Assembly: GCA_002633005.1 (NCBI GenBank)
Contig: NMRA01000114.1
Coordinates: forward strand, 637,812-701,811
From: Phoronis australis
Lineage: Eukaryota > Animalia > Phoronida
Direction of reading: 5' to 3'
Length of the DNA stretch: 64,000 nucleotides
The position numbers and the translations under genes were made by a program. Under the pieces are notes generated by a model. It was not told the origin of the DNA and did not search any database. It saw only the letters and a program-made list of their open reading frames with translations. Below, one piece after another: positions 28,401 through 40,200 of the stretch (positions are counted from its first letter, which is position 1; the number at the start of each line of letters is the position of its first letter).

Positions 28401-31400
28401 NNNNNNNNNNNNNNNNNNNNNNNNNNNNNNNNNNNNNNNNNNNNNNNNNNNNNNNNNNNNNNNNNNNNNNNNNNNNNNNNNNNNNNNNNNNNNNAATTTC
28501 GTAAAGATCCTGCGAACGGTTTAGGAGATACAGCCATAGGCGCAAAAAAAAAACTGCCACTAGGAGGCGCCACAGTGGTCGAAATAGTCGGAAAATCATC
28601 GTCAACCGTCCTCTACATAGTAAGCATATACATGCCAATTTTCACAATCATCCTTTGAGCGGTTTGGTTGATAGAGGGGTGGACGCCAAAAAACAGACTC
28701 GAAAACACTAAAAATGGCCACTAGGTAGCGCAAACTTTGTCGTATCCATCTGAAAACGAGAGGATAGCGTCATCTCCCTCATAGGTGCCTACATACCAAA
28801 TTTCATGAAAATCCGTTCAGGACTTTTGAAGATACAAAGGTAAGCGTAAAAAACTAAAATTGCCACTAGGGGGCACACCGGTAATCGGATCCTTCCGAAA
28901 GTTCGCACATGCCGTCCCATTCATGAATGAAACATATGTGCCAAATTTCATGAACGTATGTCAAATGGTTTTGGAGATAAAGCAGCAGACGCTGGACGCC
29001 AGATGGACGCCGCCAGGACGGACGGACGGACGGAGATGACGGCATAATGCGTCCACATATAAAAATGTGGACGCATAAAAAGTACCAATACAATGCTTTC
29101 AAGGTTTGCCCAAAAGCTACCAACAGACAATATTCCAAAAATTTTGGGCATTCACAACAAAGTCAGAAGTCTTCAAAAAATGAAAAAAATGCAATTTTGG
29201 CAATTACTTTGTTCCATACACAGGTTAAGTGTAGGAAGCGTCCATCTTAAAAATGGGTTCAAATTTGTGACAGTCACAGCATGTTTACTCCATAAAGAAA
29301 CAGTCTATGCTGACATCAGTGGTGTACGGCGAATACTTTATAGTTATAGTATGAGCCACAAAGCGACCTTCAAAGGCATAAAATGACCTTTGCACACTCA
29401 AAGCTATTTTAATTTTTGTTTCAAATTAATAGGCAATAAAAGTGTGACAACAGCGGCTGACATGTTTCAAAAAGGATAATAGTCAAAATGACCCTATTAT
29501 TCAATTATGTCCTCTTCACTAGTTTTATTTACCACATGTTGATGCTTATAAAGTTAATAACTAGACCATTGACTGCCAGGGGCAGCATCAGCAGAGATTT
29601 ATATACCAGACCAAATAGCACAAGGCCAAAATTCATAATTAATTTTGGCCTGTGCTTTTGTGTGCTTTATTTTTAGAATTGATGCAGTGATGCAGTCACT
29701 GTGTTTTATTCTTAAGCATTTTGAAAAAGTCACCTGACATAGATGAAGTGCCGTGAGATGTTTTGCTCCAATTTTCAGCACTCAAGTGTACTTGATAAGA
29801 GTGATGCAGGTGGGCAGCAGCCATTTCTTTTTCTTTAAACAATGTAGGTTTCAAAAAGAGTTGGATGCAGATCAGAGCTGCCTTCCGTAGAACTTATACA
29901 TCAGCCATGCACTTGAGGCAAGAATGGAAAGAGTGAATTCTATCCATAATCTATGAATTACACCTCGTAATTCAATATTCCGACCTCTGACCTCACCAAG
30001 CAACCACTTCAATGGCTGCCGTTTTGCTAGGTTGCGCTAGTAAAGACTTGAAAATACTTGTGAAACATTCGCCCAATTTTGCGTGGCCTGAGCTTGGATT
30101 CCTTGCAATAAATATGGTCTGCAAACGCTACTCAGAACCAATCACACCCTTTTATTTGGCTTCAGTGTGTACCAGCATTGAACACAGTTAGGCCAACGTC
30201 AAACATAACTGTTTAAACGTAAAATGTCAAACTTTACAGAATTAAAAGATTTTGTTCCAGCTAGAGGCAACTCGATCACTTGTTTCATTCATATATACTA
30301 AGACTGCAAACCAATGCAATTAGCATTTGGAATTTAATTGACTACAAACTGAACAATTAATTCTCTGTCTTGACTCACCAAAACAATTTAGACTTATTTC
30401 ATAAGAGTTTGGCATTTTCAAAAGTTATTTAAGATTTTAGTAGCTAGTTGCATAAAATAGTCCCAAATAAGGACTCAACTATATTCATTACCGTTTCACT
30501 TCACCTGTAGCCTTGAGCAAACACCGATTGTTCTTTCTTTTAAGAAAGCTTAAAAGCTACTTTACTTTCAAAAATAAGTAACAAAAATGGTTTTGATACC
30601 CAACAAGAGTAAAATCTATGTCAAATTCTCAATCTTATTGGAAATATGTAGATTCTTTCATGCAACACTAATTTAAAAACTAAGTCTCTATTCATTTTCA
30701 TAGAAATAATGGCTCAGTTTTTAAGTATACCTAGAAAATGCCTGAGGAGCAGATACTACAGATAAAGTGATAGAAAAAGATAACATTTGTGAATAAAAAA
30801 CAATGACACAATTACGCAGAACATGTCATGAACATTTCCCTTAAACAAGATAACTTCGTCAAGACTGGGTTTCATTGATATTCTTTCAGGCATACCATCT
30901 ATTGTGAGTTAGCGATTCATATAATTAGCTGATAAGCCATGATTGGTATCTACTTTCAAATGAATAGCTCAAGGCCTGGGTTCTCGTTGACAAAATCGCT
31001 ATTACTGAACCAGTTTTGAAAATTCATAGTCTAATTTTTACTTCAATCTCTATTCATATTTCATGATTACTATTGGTTTTCATGTCCCAGTAAGAAAATT
31101 GAAAAATAGAGCCAGGATTCTTCCAAGCCTTCTATTTAGCCATGATCTGAAAAGTTGGGCTGACCACGTGACATTGGAGAAATTCCAATTAAGATTTCTC
31201 CAAATCGATCCATATCTCGTTTAAAGGGTATGTTCACAGCATGTAAAGTTGATACAAACCATAGTCTGGTATTAAAAACATCTTAACTTTCTTCTCAAAC
31301 ATTTGTGCTCTTCATAACTCCAACAGATTCAAAAGATTTCGCCAAATCAATTTTTATCTCATTTAAAGGGAATGTTTACAGCAAAGAAGATTTAGGGAAT

Positions 31401-33286
31401 TTCTCGTTTTCTTCTAGTTACGCATCAACTCATGTAAACTAACCTTTCGCCTATTGTAAAATAAAAGTGAAATGATCCTGCGATCCAGATAGGCAACTCG
31501 GCAAACATGTCAGATCTATCTTGTCCTTGCTTTGTACCGAGATCCCACGGCAGTTCCCGGTAGACCGTGCGGTCAAACGGCGTGTCTGGAGAGACCGGGT
31601 GGTTGCAATAGATCCTTACATGCTCAGTCAACAGCGTGGGACCAAGCATGAAGTGCACTGACCATCCTGTAATGGATGATTGCAAGAGTTGAAACTTTAA
31701 TGTGGTTTTAAATTGTGTAATTTAAAGCGGCCTGGAAAGCGATAAAAAGACTAAATTGCAATATTGAAAGTGGTTCCCTGTCACTGAAACAGAATTCAAT
31801 CTGCTCACCAGGTATTTTTGGGGTTTGTTCGAAAATATTTTTAATTCCAGTCTGTTGATATCAAAGCATTTTCTTTTAGTTTCAAATTGCAAAAAAATAT
31901 CTGTCAACTGCTTGCCACTTCGTCGACTTTTCTCCCAAAAGACAAATCACGTCTTCATATTTGGTACGGCAAGACAAAGACATAGCACATTTTCAATATA
32001 TGGAAAACGTGACCGTTGACCTCAAGCAACTTCAAGCGCCTGACTGTGAGCGTATGGTCGCTTTAATCCTAAGTGGGAGGGAGATTAGAAACTCAGTGGT
32101 AACCACAGAGTTTTTCCTTCATGCATATTTCAAAAACAGTGAAACTTGTGATTTTTTTCTTGAGATTTCCTGACACGAACGTGAATTTTCTGTACTTGAT
32201 GTTGCCAGATGGTAGTTTTATCAAGAATTGTTTAAAAGATATTTTTGACAAACTTTCGCGTTCAATGATGACTCTTTTAATTCATGATGGGTGCAAAGTT
32301 TGAAGTTATGCGTGAACACTTCGGGAACACGAAATTACCAAATCTTGTTTTGGTGCCCCCAAGAAAAAAGCAAGCTTTAAATACATGGTAAAAATTCTAC
32401 ATTGAACTCTCTTGATTCTGAAAATTGGGACATGGTGGATTTTGGCATTCATCATATTTGACAAATTTGAAACACTGCATTTGTGAATCAACCGAGTCTG
32501 AAAATATACTTGGCAGATAATAAACTCATCAAAGATAACTGCCAACTTTTTTACGTAGATTAATACGAGGACCTTAGAAGCATTTTTAAGCCATTCCAAT
32601 CACAACATGATTAAGTACAAGAGCAACGCAAGGTGGTGATATCTACCAATAGATGGAGATACAGGTCGTTTGAGTTTTGAAGAAGTTTGACATCTCTTTT
32701 AATCCTGGGTTTTCAGATAAGTTATGTCAAAATTATTATCAACAAACTGATGCGCTAGACATAACATAGTTACAATCTTTGTGCAATATTGTGGTCACTC
32801 ATGCTTGCAAGGCGGTGCATCCTTTCAATACACACGACTCACGGGACAAGCAACTGCATTGAAAACCTAACTTAAGTGCCACAGCACCAAGGGTTTTTCA
32901 AAAAAGTTAAAGACCTTGGCTGAAATATATGGGAGTGGGTGCTTTTTTGCATTAAGAAGTGAGCGTGGAACAAAAAAATGCTTTTTAGGCCTATAGAGGT
33001 TTCCAGTCAACAGCAGTGCACAACTGTGAGACAAGTGGCCAACTGATGTGGAGTATTGTATGTAAATATCTCAGAATCAGAGAGGGCACGGAGTCATTCT
33101 GTGAATTGGCCAATAGAAAAGAAATCAGGAAGTATGTTACCAGTGATCAACACTAGGTGTCCACATTTTTACATAATATCCGTATACTTAAGGTTACAAT
33201 TTCTTACCTTTTTGCAGCCTAAATAGCGTGGTTTCTAAGTTATCTCCCTTGTTCAAGGTTAGCACACGAACTTGACCAATGGACAT
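1406..33286 (-). CDS. AGL: Glycogen debranching enzyme (4-alpha-glucanotransferase/amylo-1,6-glucosidase), multi-exon, 3' end beyond window start
   Basis: 23 GT-AG coding exons read by hand with consistent phases (3997 nt, ~1332 codons): 33208-33286, 31444-31666, 27075-27633, 25953-26061, 25149-25281, 23421-23633, 23010-23152, 21969-22156, 21313-21436, 20630-20793, 20098-20199, 19584-19736, 18192-18342, 17163-17385, 15771-16048, 14540-14673, 13786-13919, 12146-12327, 11801-11903, 10901-11141, 4450-4561, 2976-3111, 1406-1518. Diagnostic GDE motifs: N-terminus [117 protein letters not shown]. Confidence 0.97.
6457..7521 (+). CDS. Rolling stone-like multi-pass membrane protein, nested antisense in an AGL intron (main coding exon)
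   Basis: 1065-nt stop-free frame beginning after a tttttcag acceptor (AG at 6455-6456). It has ~6 hydrophobic segments and rolling stone-type motifs: [55 protein letters not shown] at 7829-7834. The start exon is not established; one candidate is ATGGAG|gttggt at 5377-5382. Confidence 0.8.
   Translation, partial: ANSTLEKGTPKFTVLGDLTLEKETIDTPTISIINPTLLNANHGNGDDGNETTQDDPYWRGFKIRVKKRWNGLGFHCRRQLRLKKFKFYYRRSVQNFTKCRWCWHPQVYLTYRLMLAAYHISWVMLSMAILWRPFWTKFWAWPLHLVCWLDIVRMFYFVTALTSYLKFHMSKPINPVLYECKDSEASTVKTNRDEVTPSGTRSHPLPLTVRFQWFLFSVMTNSIFLAMPMLWNAQVAKKITSINIYPWGILISTTLVMVEIFTVTYPVYLLHVWHNQLFVLSYFIFSIGYYKLTVDGTASRNAILAIMPWMGGNNMARDMCQMVAVYIFFIIPFSQLVVFLMYCARKWLESKLHT
8105..8460. repeat. ~58-60 bp tandem satellite, ~6 copies, internally palindromic
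   Basis: Unit approximately CAAGTCACTCATAGGTGACTTGTCTATGTGGGGTTCCAACAGCTGGCTATAACCCCACACA; contains the stem CAAGTCAC-6nt-GTGACTTG. Confidence 0.95.
9322..10435 (+). mobile_element. Kolobok-type DNA transposon, internally deleted (1114 bp), retaining the THAP-domain 5' end
   Basis: TTAA at 9318-9321 and 10436-10439 flanks terminal inverted repeats AGGAGAATG (9322-9330) and CATTCTCCT (10427-10435); internal THAP-like ORF. TTAA TSD, RR..YY ends and a THAP domain together match the Kolobok superfamily. Confidence 0.8.
9488..9814 (+). pseudogene. Truncated THAP zinc-finger (transposase N-terminus remnant)
   Basis: [12 protein letters not shown]...FFRLP...RKWL...[13 protein letters not shown] matches the THAP C2CH pattern, but the second Cys appears replaced and no DDE domain follows. 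Confidence 0.75.
23637..23960. repeat. 16-bp minisatellite (AGGTGAGAGATACAAC)n, ~20 copies, abutting an AGL splice acceptor
   Basis: Visible tandem array; explains the repetitive ORFs 23417-24030. Confidence 0.97.
24514..24929. mobile_element. MITE with long imperfect terminal inverted repeats
   Basis: Left TAGTTCCATCCACACACAGCCTACCCTAGCACAACTTGCACC pairs with right GGTGTAACTTATTCTTGGGTAAGTCTGTGTGTGGACGGTACTTA; inner AGTGCAACTTACCCCACTT pairs with AAGTGGGGTGAGTTGCACT. Confidence 0.7.
26575..26980. repeat. Cluster of short palindromic (A)TCTCAC(C/T)CAGTGAGA(T) motifs, probable MITE
   Basis: Many degenerate copies of CTCAC..GTGAG in both orientations within about 400 bp. Confidence 0.6.
27075..27633 (-). 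CDS. AGL: AGL coding exon 3 (largest; start of glucanotransferase domain)
   Basis: cag acceptor and gtaatt donor; encodes [40 protein letters not shown]...DLVFNHTA. Confidence 0.95.
27919..29080. mobile_element. Helentron-associated (DINE-1/HINE/pearl-like) non-autonomous element with ~150-bp internal repeats; contains an N gap
   Basis: Begins AACAAGAGC...ATGCGCCC, has internal repeats centred on GCCACTAG, then a (GACG)n microsatellite, then the stem-loop ATGCGTCCACAT...ATGTGGACGCAT plus an A-run. A second copy of the end lies at 304-415, and a fragment of the other end near 32617. Confidence 0.7.
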
Positions 33287-35528
33287 GATGACCTATAAGC
33301 ACTGAGCAGATGAACCTGAAATGGAAGAGTAACGTTTTTAATCTCCGTTGGAACTTCATACTTTGACAGCAAGTCATATGGTTACCTTGGTTTTTGGTAA
33401 TTCCTCATTTACGTCCCAAAACTACAGAAATTCTCCGCTAGTTTAACACACTCACCTCATTTTGCATCCAGAATTATTTGGGAAAATTCTAATTTGTCCC
33501 TCACTGATTTCGTATTAGGCTAAATGGCAGGAATTTCTTGTCTCACCTTCTTCTTACATAGTCAGTTTTGCAGGCAAAGCCATACATTACTGTGAATACC
33601 TAGTATCATTACTGTGAATACCTAGCATTACACATCTTTATAATTATGTTAATAAGGTCTAAGAATTCTCCTAGTAATGCACCCCTGTCAACCACGAAGT
33701 CTGAACAACCAGTTTATTCCACATGCTTCCAAGATGGTTTCTGATTGAAAAATGGAGATCACAAGTACTTTAAGAAACCATAAATATTCTTTTATTTAGG
33801 ACAAGGTCTTCGTTTTTGAGTTGTTAATGAGATCATTTGCACAATTTTGGGTGCTATTAATTTACCAAGAGACCAAATATTCCAATTTGTTTTTAAGAAT
33901 TCATCAACCCTACCAAAACATATTTTGTAAAGTACGAATCAACTTTGCAGTATTGCAGTGACTAACTGATAACAGCTAAATAGGACAACAGATAGTAAGT
34001 CTTTATGCGACTGAATGGCCTCTGGTGTGCCACTTAGAGATTACAGATATAGAGGAATGTACCCAATATTTTCCATCACACATGCACCATCAAACAAAAA
34101 ATTACTTTTGCGTAACAAAATATGTGTCAACAAAAAGGCATCTTGGACAGGCCCTTGTAAATGATTATAAACCACTGCACAGCAGGCGTCAGGGAAACAT
34201 TTTGACACAGTAAATTTTGACTTATAAAGACTAGACAAACTTTCAAAGCTTAAATTCAGGGATATTAAGGTCAAGCATATCTAAGATTTTCATTCAAAGA
34301 GTTTTATCCTAAGAGCTCTGCCATAAAAATGAAGAACTCAACATTCATTGAAAACACAAAGTCTAGAATTTTGATAATCGAACTCTAAGACTAAAAAGCT
34401 TTAAAATAAAGTACCAAAGATGCTTTTGTTAGAAAAAAATGCAATAACGTGATAGCGAACATCGATTTCTATTTGTTTGGTCTTCAGCAAATAACAGTAT
34501 GAAACTGCTATGGCATACAGACAGTTAGATCAGGAAAAAATAATCATGTTTATCGTCTAGGGCTCATTCAGTAACTGACACAGAAGGTGCTTTTTATTGT
34601 TTATTTATGATGTCACAGGAAGTGATGCCACAGAACCTCACGGCAAAGTATACCATACAGGCCAGCATTCACTGAAAAGCGTTAATATTGCAGGAGGCAA
34701 ACAGTGACATTCCTGAAGCATCATTTGAAGCACGTACCAGATTTTTCAGGGATGCTCATCAATCAAACAGAGACATGTGGCACTGTTTTGCGTGATGTTT
34801 GCACTGAGAACAGAACCATCTGGTGATTGATGAATTTCCATTTCTGTACGAGTATTTACTACAGGTTCTGCAATAAGTTTTTATTGACCCTTGCAAACAA
34901 AATTTTTTCAATAAAACATAAATTTAAAGTTGGTGTGGCATTTTTTACACATGGGCAGGGATGATAAACATGTTTATTTTGTACCTGGCCTTGAGAAAGC
35001 ATATGCAAGGTCGCGGACCAACATCACAATAAAATTCTCATTCGTACTGTCACTGTGGTGAAAATTTCACTTGTTCCATTAAGTTTCAAACCCAGTACCC
35101 CTCGCTTTAATCCAGTCACCTTAACCAGTTGGTTTAAGAGCAATTACCCATAGGCAAGTGATTTAGTAACTGCACTTATCACTCTCTCCCTTACACGAAA
35201 ACTTTTAATTTAGAGATGTCATGACAGTCAGACATGGGCCCCCAGGCCATAAATCAGGTCGGCCCCTTTGCACCTACCTTCTCTCCAAACCTAGAGATCG
35301 TGTTGTCCCTTTCAGGAATTATGCGTAATTTCCATTGATAGGTGCCAGCATATTGAAAATTCACCAAGTTAGGGCAGGCCAGCTCATTTTGTAGCTGTAC
35401 CTAGTACCTCGTGCTTCAATCAAAGCCCAGCCACCATTGCAGGCCACCTGTTGTGAAGCGTGACTTCCGGTTGCAATGACATGTACAGTCAGATAAAGCC
35501 TCTCTAAGCCGCTTGCCAAACAGCAATT

Positions 35529-35597
35529 GCCTCTTGGTCAAATGATTTAGATGCTTGACTGTCACTCGTGCAGCCTGGGTTCAAGTCCCACAGGAGA
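35529..35597 (+). repeat. tRNA-Asp-like SINE head / pseudo-tRNA
   Basis: A-box-like TGGTCAAATG, anticodon loop CTGTCAC, B-box GGTTCAAGTCC; stems pair poorly. Related copies at ~35810-35890 and ~36463-36531. Confidence 0.5.
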
Positions 35598-37090
35598 CAC
35601 GGAAATTTTCTACATTGGAAAAATCGACGAATAAACCTAGTGAGATGTAAAGCGGCGGATGCAGAGGGGGGACCTGGTACTAGTGGATTCAGAACACAAA
35701 GAGAGCATTGCTGAGGTCAAATTCCAGGACGCTAGGGTGTTGCTGAGATCTAAAAGCCAGGGAGCGTGCCTGTTTCGCAGAAGGGGGAGTATAGTGTTGT
35801 GAAACATAGCTTCCGGTTGTCCGTAGTCAGATAAAGCCTCTCTAAGCCGTTGCCAAGTGGCAATTGCTTCTTGGCCGAATGATTTACATTACAATGTTCT
35901 GTCGTTGAGTAAATTTTTCCAGATGTGAGGGGTATGTGCTGAACGTGTGATAACATCTGGCTCTCTTGTTAACTGCCCAGCTCAGTCTTTTGTCCCATAT
36001 GATAACAAGCAGGCTAATTATCTCCCAGGCTTCAAAGGAAACGTACCGTGGTTGCACACTATTACCGAATGCGTATTCACAACACAGTCATCCCTATGCG
36101 TTGGTAATCCGTTTGGACAGAATAGATTGTCTTAAATTCTGTTGTAGTTGGGCGATTTTGGTGATTCAAAAACCGAACATGATCAGCATTTGACAAGGAA
36201 TTCAGAAATGCTATTGGTTTAAGCTCAAATAAGTAATAATTTAACTTTCATTTTTATCAGCTGCCCAGCCCAGTCAGGCTAGATACGATCTGATCGGAGA
36301 TAGAGCAATTATCGAACAAAAGAGCCCAGACCAGCCTCCAACCATAAATGTCGGAATGGAGTTAATGAGTCGTGTAAGATATTGGCTACAGGGGTAAACT
36401 TCCCACGTTGTTGTTGGGCTATAGAATTGAACAAATTGGGAGCAACGGGATGTCGCCGTCATGAGATGCTTGACAGTCGCTCGTGCAACCTGGGTTCAAG
36501 TCTCACCGGAAACACTGTGAAATTTTCTACACCTGTGGCCATAGAAGATTTTACATTACTGTTGTGCATCGGGAGAGATGAATAACAAATCTGCACTGCT
36601 TGGGTCTCCCCAGTTGGTAGAACACAATACAACAATTACCACAGGCTACACTCAAAGCAAATTCCTCACATCACTGATTTCTGATTTTGCAACATTGCAA
36701 TGGAATTGTCATAGCAATGATTGTCACAGGCATTGCATATGCATTGCGAGGTGCAGAGTCATGCCAAAAGGCAAAACTATAATAAGCAACGCAAGCATTC
36801 ACTTTCACCTGGAATGCAACTCACAACAAATCAAAGATTACCTCTAGTGTTTCCAAAATTCCTTCAGAGACGCGTTGTGTCTCAAACCTCCAAGGTCACA
36901 GACAAATAGACACGGGTCATCAAGTCGGTAAAATGAACATGACCCAATCTCAAAGCAATCAACTTCAAGGTTAAATGTCAGGATTTTCTAGGCAATTCGT
37001 CCCATTATATAGTTTCGTATTAAATTCATGCTGAATTTTCTTTCTCGTTTTTGATGACAAATAACAACATCCAATAACCGCTTCACTTAC

Positions 37091-37270
37091 TTATGATTGC
37101 TCTCAACAATTCTAAATGGAATCAGAATAGACATATATTAATTTTGTTTCTGATTTTTAGCTCGAAAACTGACCGATGACGAACTTTACTTGGTGGATTT
37201 AACCGGAAGTGATATTTCGTCTGGAAGCATTTTACGATTGTGCCTCGACAGAACAACTTAGTGGATAAAA
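37091..37270. promoter_or_regulatory. Putative bidirectional promoter / 5' UTR region shared by AGL (-) and CCDC130 (+)
   Basis: Minus-strand donor gtaagtg at 37084-37090 (candidate AGL non-coding exon 1), ETS/GABP motif CCGGAAGT at 37203-37210, and plus-strand ATG|gtttgt at 37271-37279. Confidence 0.55.
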
Positions 37271-40200
37271 ATGGTTTGTTGCTCCTTTAGGAGACAAAAT
37301 TTGCAATATTTGAAGCTTTTCCTTGCCTATGTTGTGGGTATCGTCTTTAGTAGTAAATCTACCTGTTCCATAAGCAGAAACATGGGCTAAGAAGTGGTCT
37401 GGGGAGATTCTAGCCAGCTAGCTAGCAGTAGTAGGGTGAGCAAACCAAAATTTCAAGTTTAACAAAATTACATGAAGAGGCATTCAAATGAAAGCCCTCA
37501 TTGAGTATAATTTGCTGCTTTTTGAATTTTTAAAAACGGTTGAGGGGTTTTGATGCTACAGGCATTTTTGTCGCCCAAAAATAGGCCCTTTTTCTGGAAT
37601 TCGGTGTTTAAAATTCGGAATTGTGGTCAACCAAGAGTTTAAGCTTGATTTATTTTAACAATATAGTTTATAAACTGCTAAAAATGAGCTAACTTGTTCT
37701 TACTGTCTTGTATTTTAAGACTAATCAGCTAAATTTGTGAGAAGTTGTACCTGTGAAGATTACTAAGGTGTTCAAAATTGGAAAAAAACAACTCGACTTA
37801 GTTTTTTTCTGGTTTGTGACGCTGCGTTTTTCATTCTGAGTGCAACTTCAAGACCCTATATTTTAAAAAAGGACACACATAGAACTCTGAAACTTTCAGG
37901 ATGTCATAACATCATCATAGAAAGGTCACTGAAACATTAATGCTCCTGTATTAGTAAATGCATATTCAAAAAAGTAATTTTAAATTTAAAAAAATCTCAA
38001 AATTGAACAATCTTGTAGAATCGGCAACTTTTCACGATTTATTGAATGTATTTTGCTATATATCAAAAACCGTTAAAGATTTTTGCCTAATTCTTTTTTT
38101 ACCATGTTGTTCTAACACTCAGACATCATGTCAACACCTATAACAGGACATTAAATTTGAAAAACTTATTAGAATTTGAAATTGAAAAACCTACGAAAAT
38201 TATAAAATTTTAACGTTTGCGGCATGTATGACGTAATATCTCAAAAACTGTACAAGATTTTTGCCTAATTTCTTTTCCTATGTCACTACTAACTCTCAGT
38301 CATCACTTTGACACCTAACACAGCTCATTGAATTGGAACATAAATTTAAAAAATTGAAAATAAACTCATGAAAAACCATTACTTTTTAATTTCCTCGGGT
38401 GCACATTTTGCCATAACTCCAAAATCCTCCAAGATTGCTCTAATTTAAATCTGTAGAACTAAATGCTCTACCACCATATCAACACCTAAGCATTTCACTT
38501 TTCTGTAAATAGTTCATAGTCCAAATACCAAATTTACTCTTGACTCCACAAAAGGAAAATAGACATCCTGAGTTCCATTTTCGTACATTTTGCTTTTAAG
38601 TAAACTATTAACTGATCTTGTTTAACTGCTATGTGTGCCAATGTGTCTACTTTAGTGTTGTTTTTAGTATTATGTTCTGTACTTATGTTGTATTAGAGTT
38701 GCAGTTGAATAAGTATTGGTTTTCATCATCCAAATAAAAATGGCTTACACAGGGAACCGATGTGATCAAACATTCGAAGAACACTAAGAGGTACGGATAG
38801 TCCTGTCAGTAATGATTGGTTCTAATTCACAGTTACCTGCTAAGTTGGAAGGTTCTGACAGTCACAGTCATTCAGTCACAATAACAACTAAATCTCATTG
38901 ATGATGACAACAATTTCATTAAATTATTAGCAACATAGTTCAAGAATTATTGGAATAAAATCCACCCGACACCAACCCAACTGTATTGTGGGTTTGTAAT
39001 GAGTACCTCAAGAAGTGATCGTCGTAGATTGAACATTTTTTGTATTTGTAACGAACCATATGTCTAATTGTTTCAATCTATTTGCAGGGTTTGATACATT
39101 GTTTGGCTTTCACTGAAAAAATAATGAGCATGTCTCTACAGTATGATGTACAACTGGCCCATATATTGCTACAGGATGGAGTGGTTCCTCGAACACGTGG
39201 ATCCTCAACACCTTCATCCTCTTCTGCTTCATCACCATTATCCGTCTCATACTCAGTCAACCTCCTCCAAGTCGTCCAAGAGCACAAACAAGCACACTGC
39301 CGCCATAGATGCCATAGCTTATCATACTTTGGTGTAGCGTTATGCTTTGAAACACATCTATGAATTTCTGGTAACATGAAGGTGTTTCACACGATTGCTG
39401 AGGACAATAGGGACATCGACACTTGGAAATGAGGTGGCTGAGAGGAATGTCGCTTGCATAGTTGCCAACATTCAGAATGAAAAACCACCAGGAACATGCG
39501 TATCTAGGCCATACTGCAAGGGAGAAAGGTCTGCTGCAAGTGCAATAAACATCCAGAAATACAAAGCCGACTGCCTTTAGTTTTTTAATTGAGACTACTC
39601 ACGGCTGAAAATGAATGGGTAAATTGGTGTGGGAATAAAGGCACAAACATGTTGATGGTTTGATACGCGATACAAAGCCTCGAAGGGCAGGATAGATCAA
39701 AAGCAAGACAGTTGGCAACTGTGCATATGGCACAATACTGGTGTTGAAGCCTCCTTTTTTCACTGAACCCAGTCCTGTAATTTAGATCTTCTCTCTTAAT
39801 AAATGTTGAAAAGAGATTGACATATTAACAGTTATTAAGCAGTTAATAAGTGATTTATTTTATTTTTTATGAGCTAAATACAAGTGGATTATGCAAAGTT
39901 ACAAAACTGATCGAAGCTACAAGTTCCACTGGGGTGATCCAGTCTTGCATGCGATATAAGTTTTACTCCCGCACGTTTGAACGTCGCATTCTCAATGTCT
40001 CAGTGAATGAATCACCGTTTTACTGGCATGTCACCTTTCATTAAGAAATCCGGGAATACAATCAATTTTGATACTGTTCTAAGTTGATTACATTAGCGAT
40101 TGTAATGAGTCAAATGTAAGGGGTTGCGTTTGTTAAAAGAGCGTGAAAAATGCGCCGAATTGAACCATTTCAGTGAAGAAATTGGGCGGAGACGTAAACA

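Noticed and set aside
35529-35597. Functional tRNA-Asp gene
   Set aside because: Acceptor and D stems pair poorly and related degenerate copies lie nearby; treated as a SINE or pseudo-tRNA.
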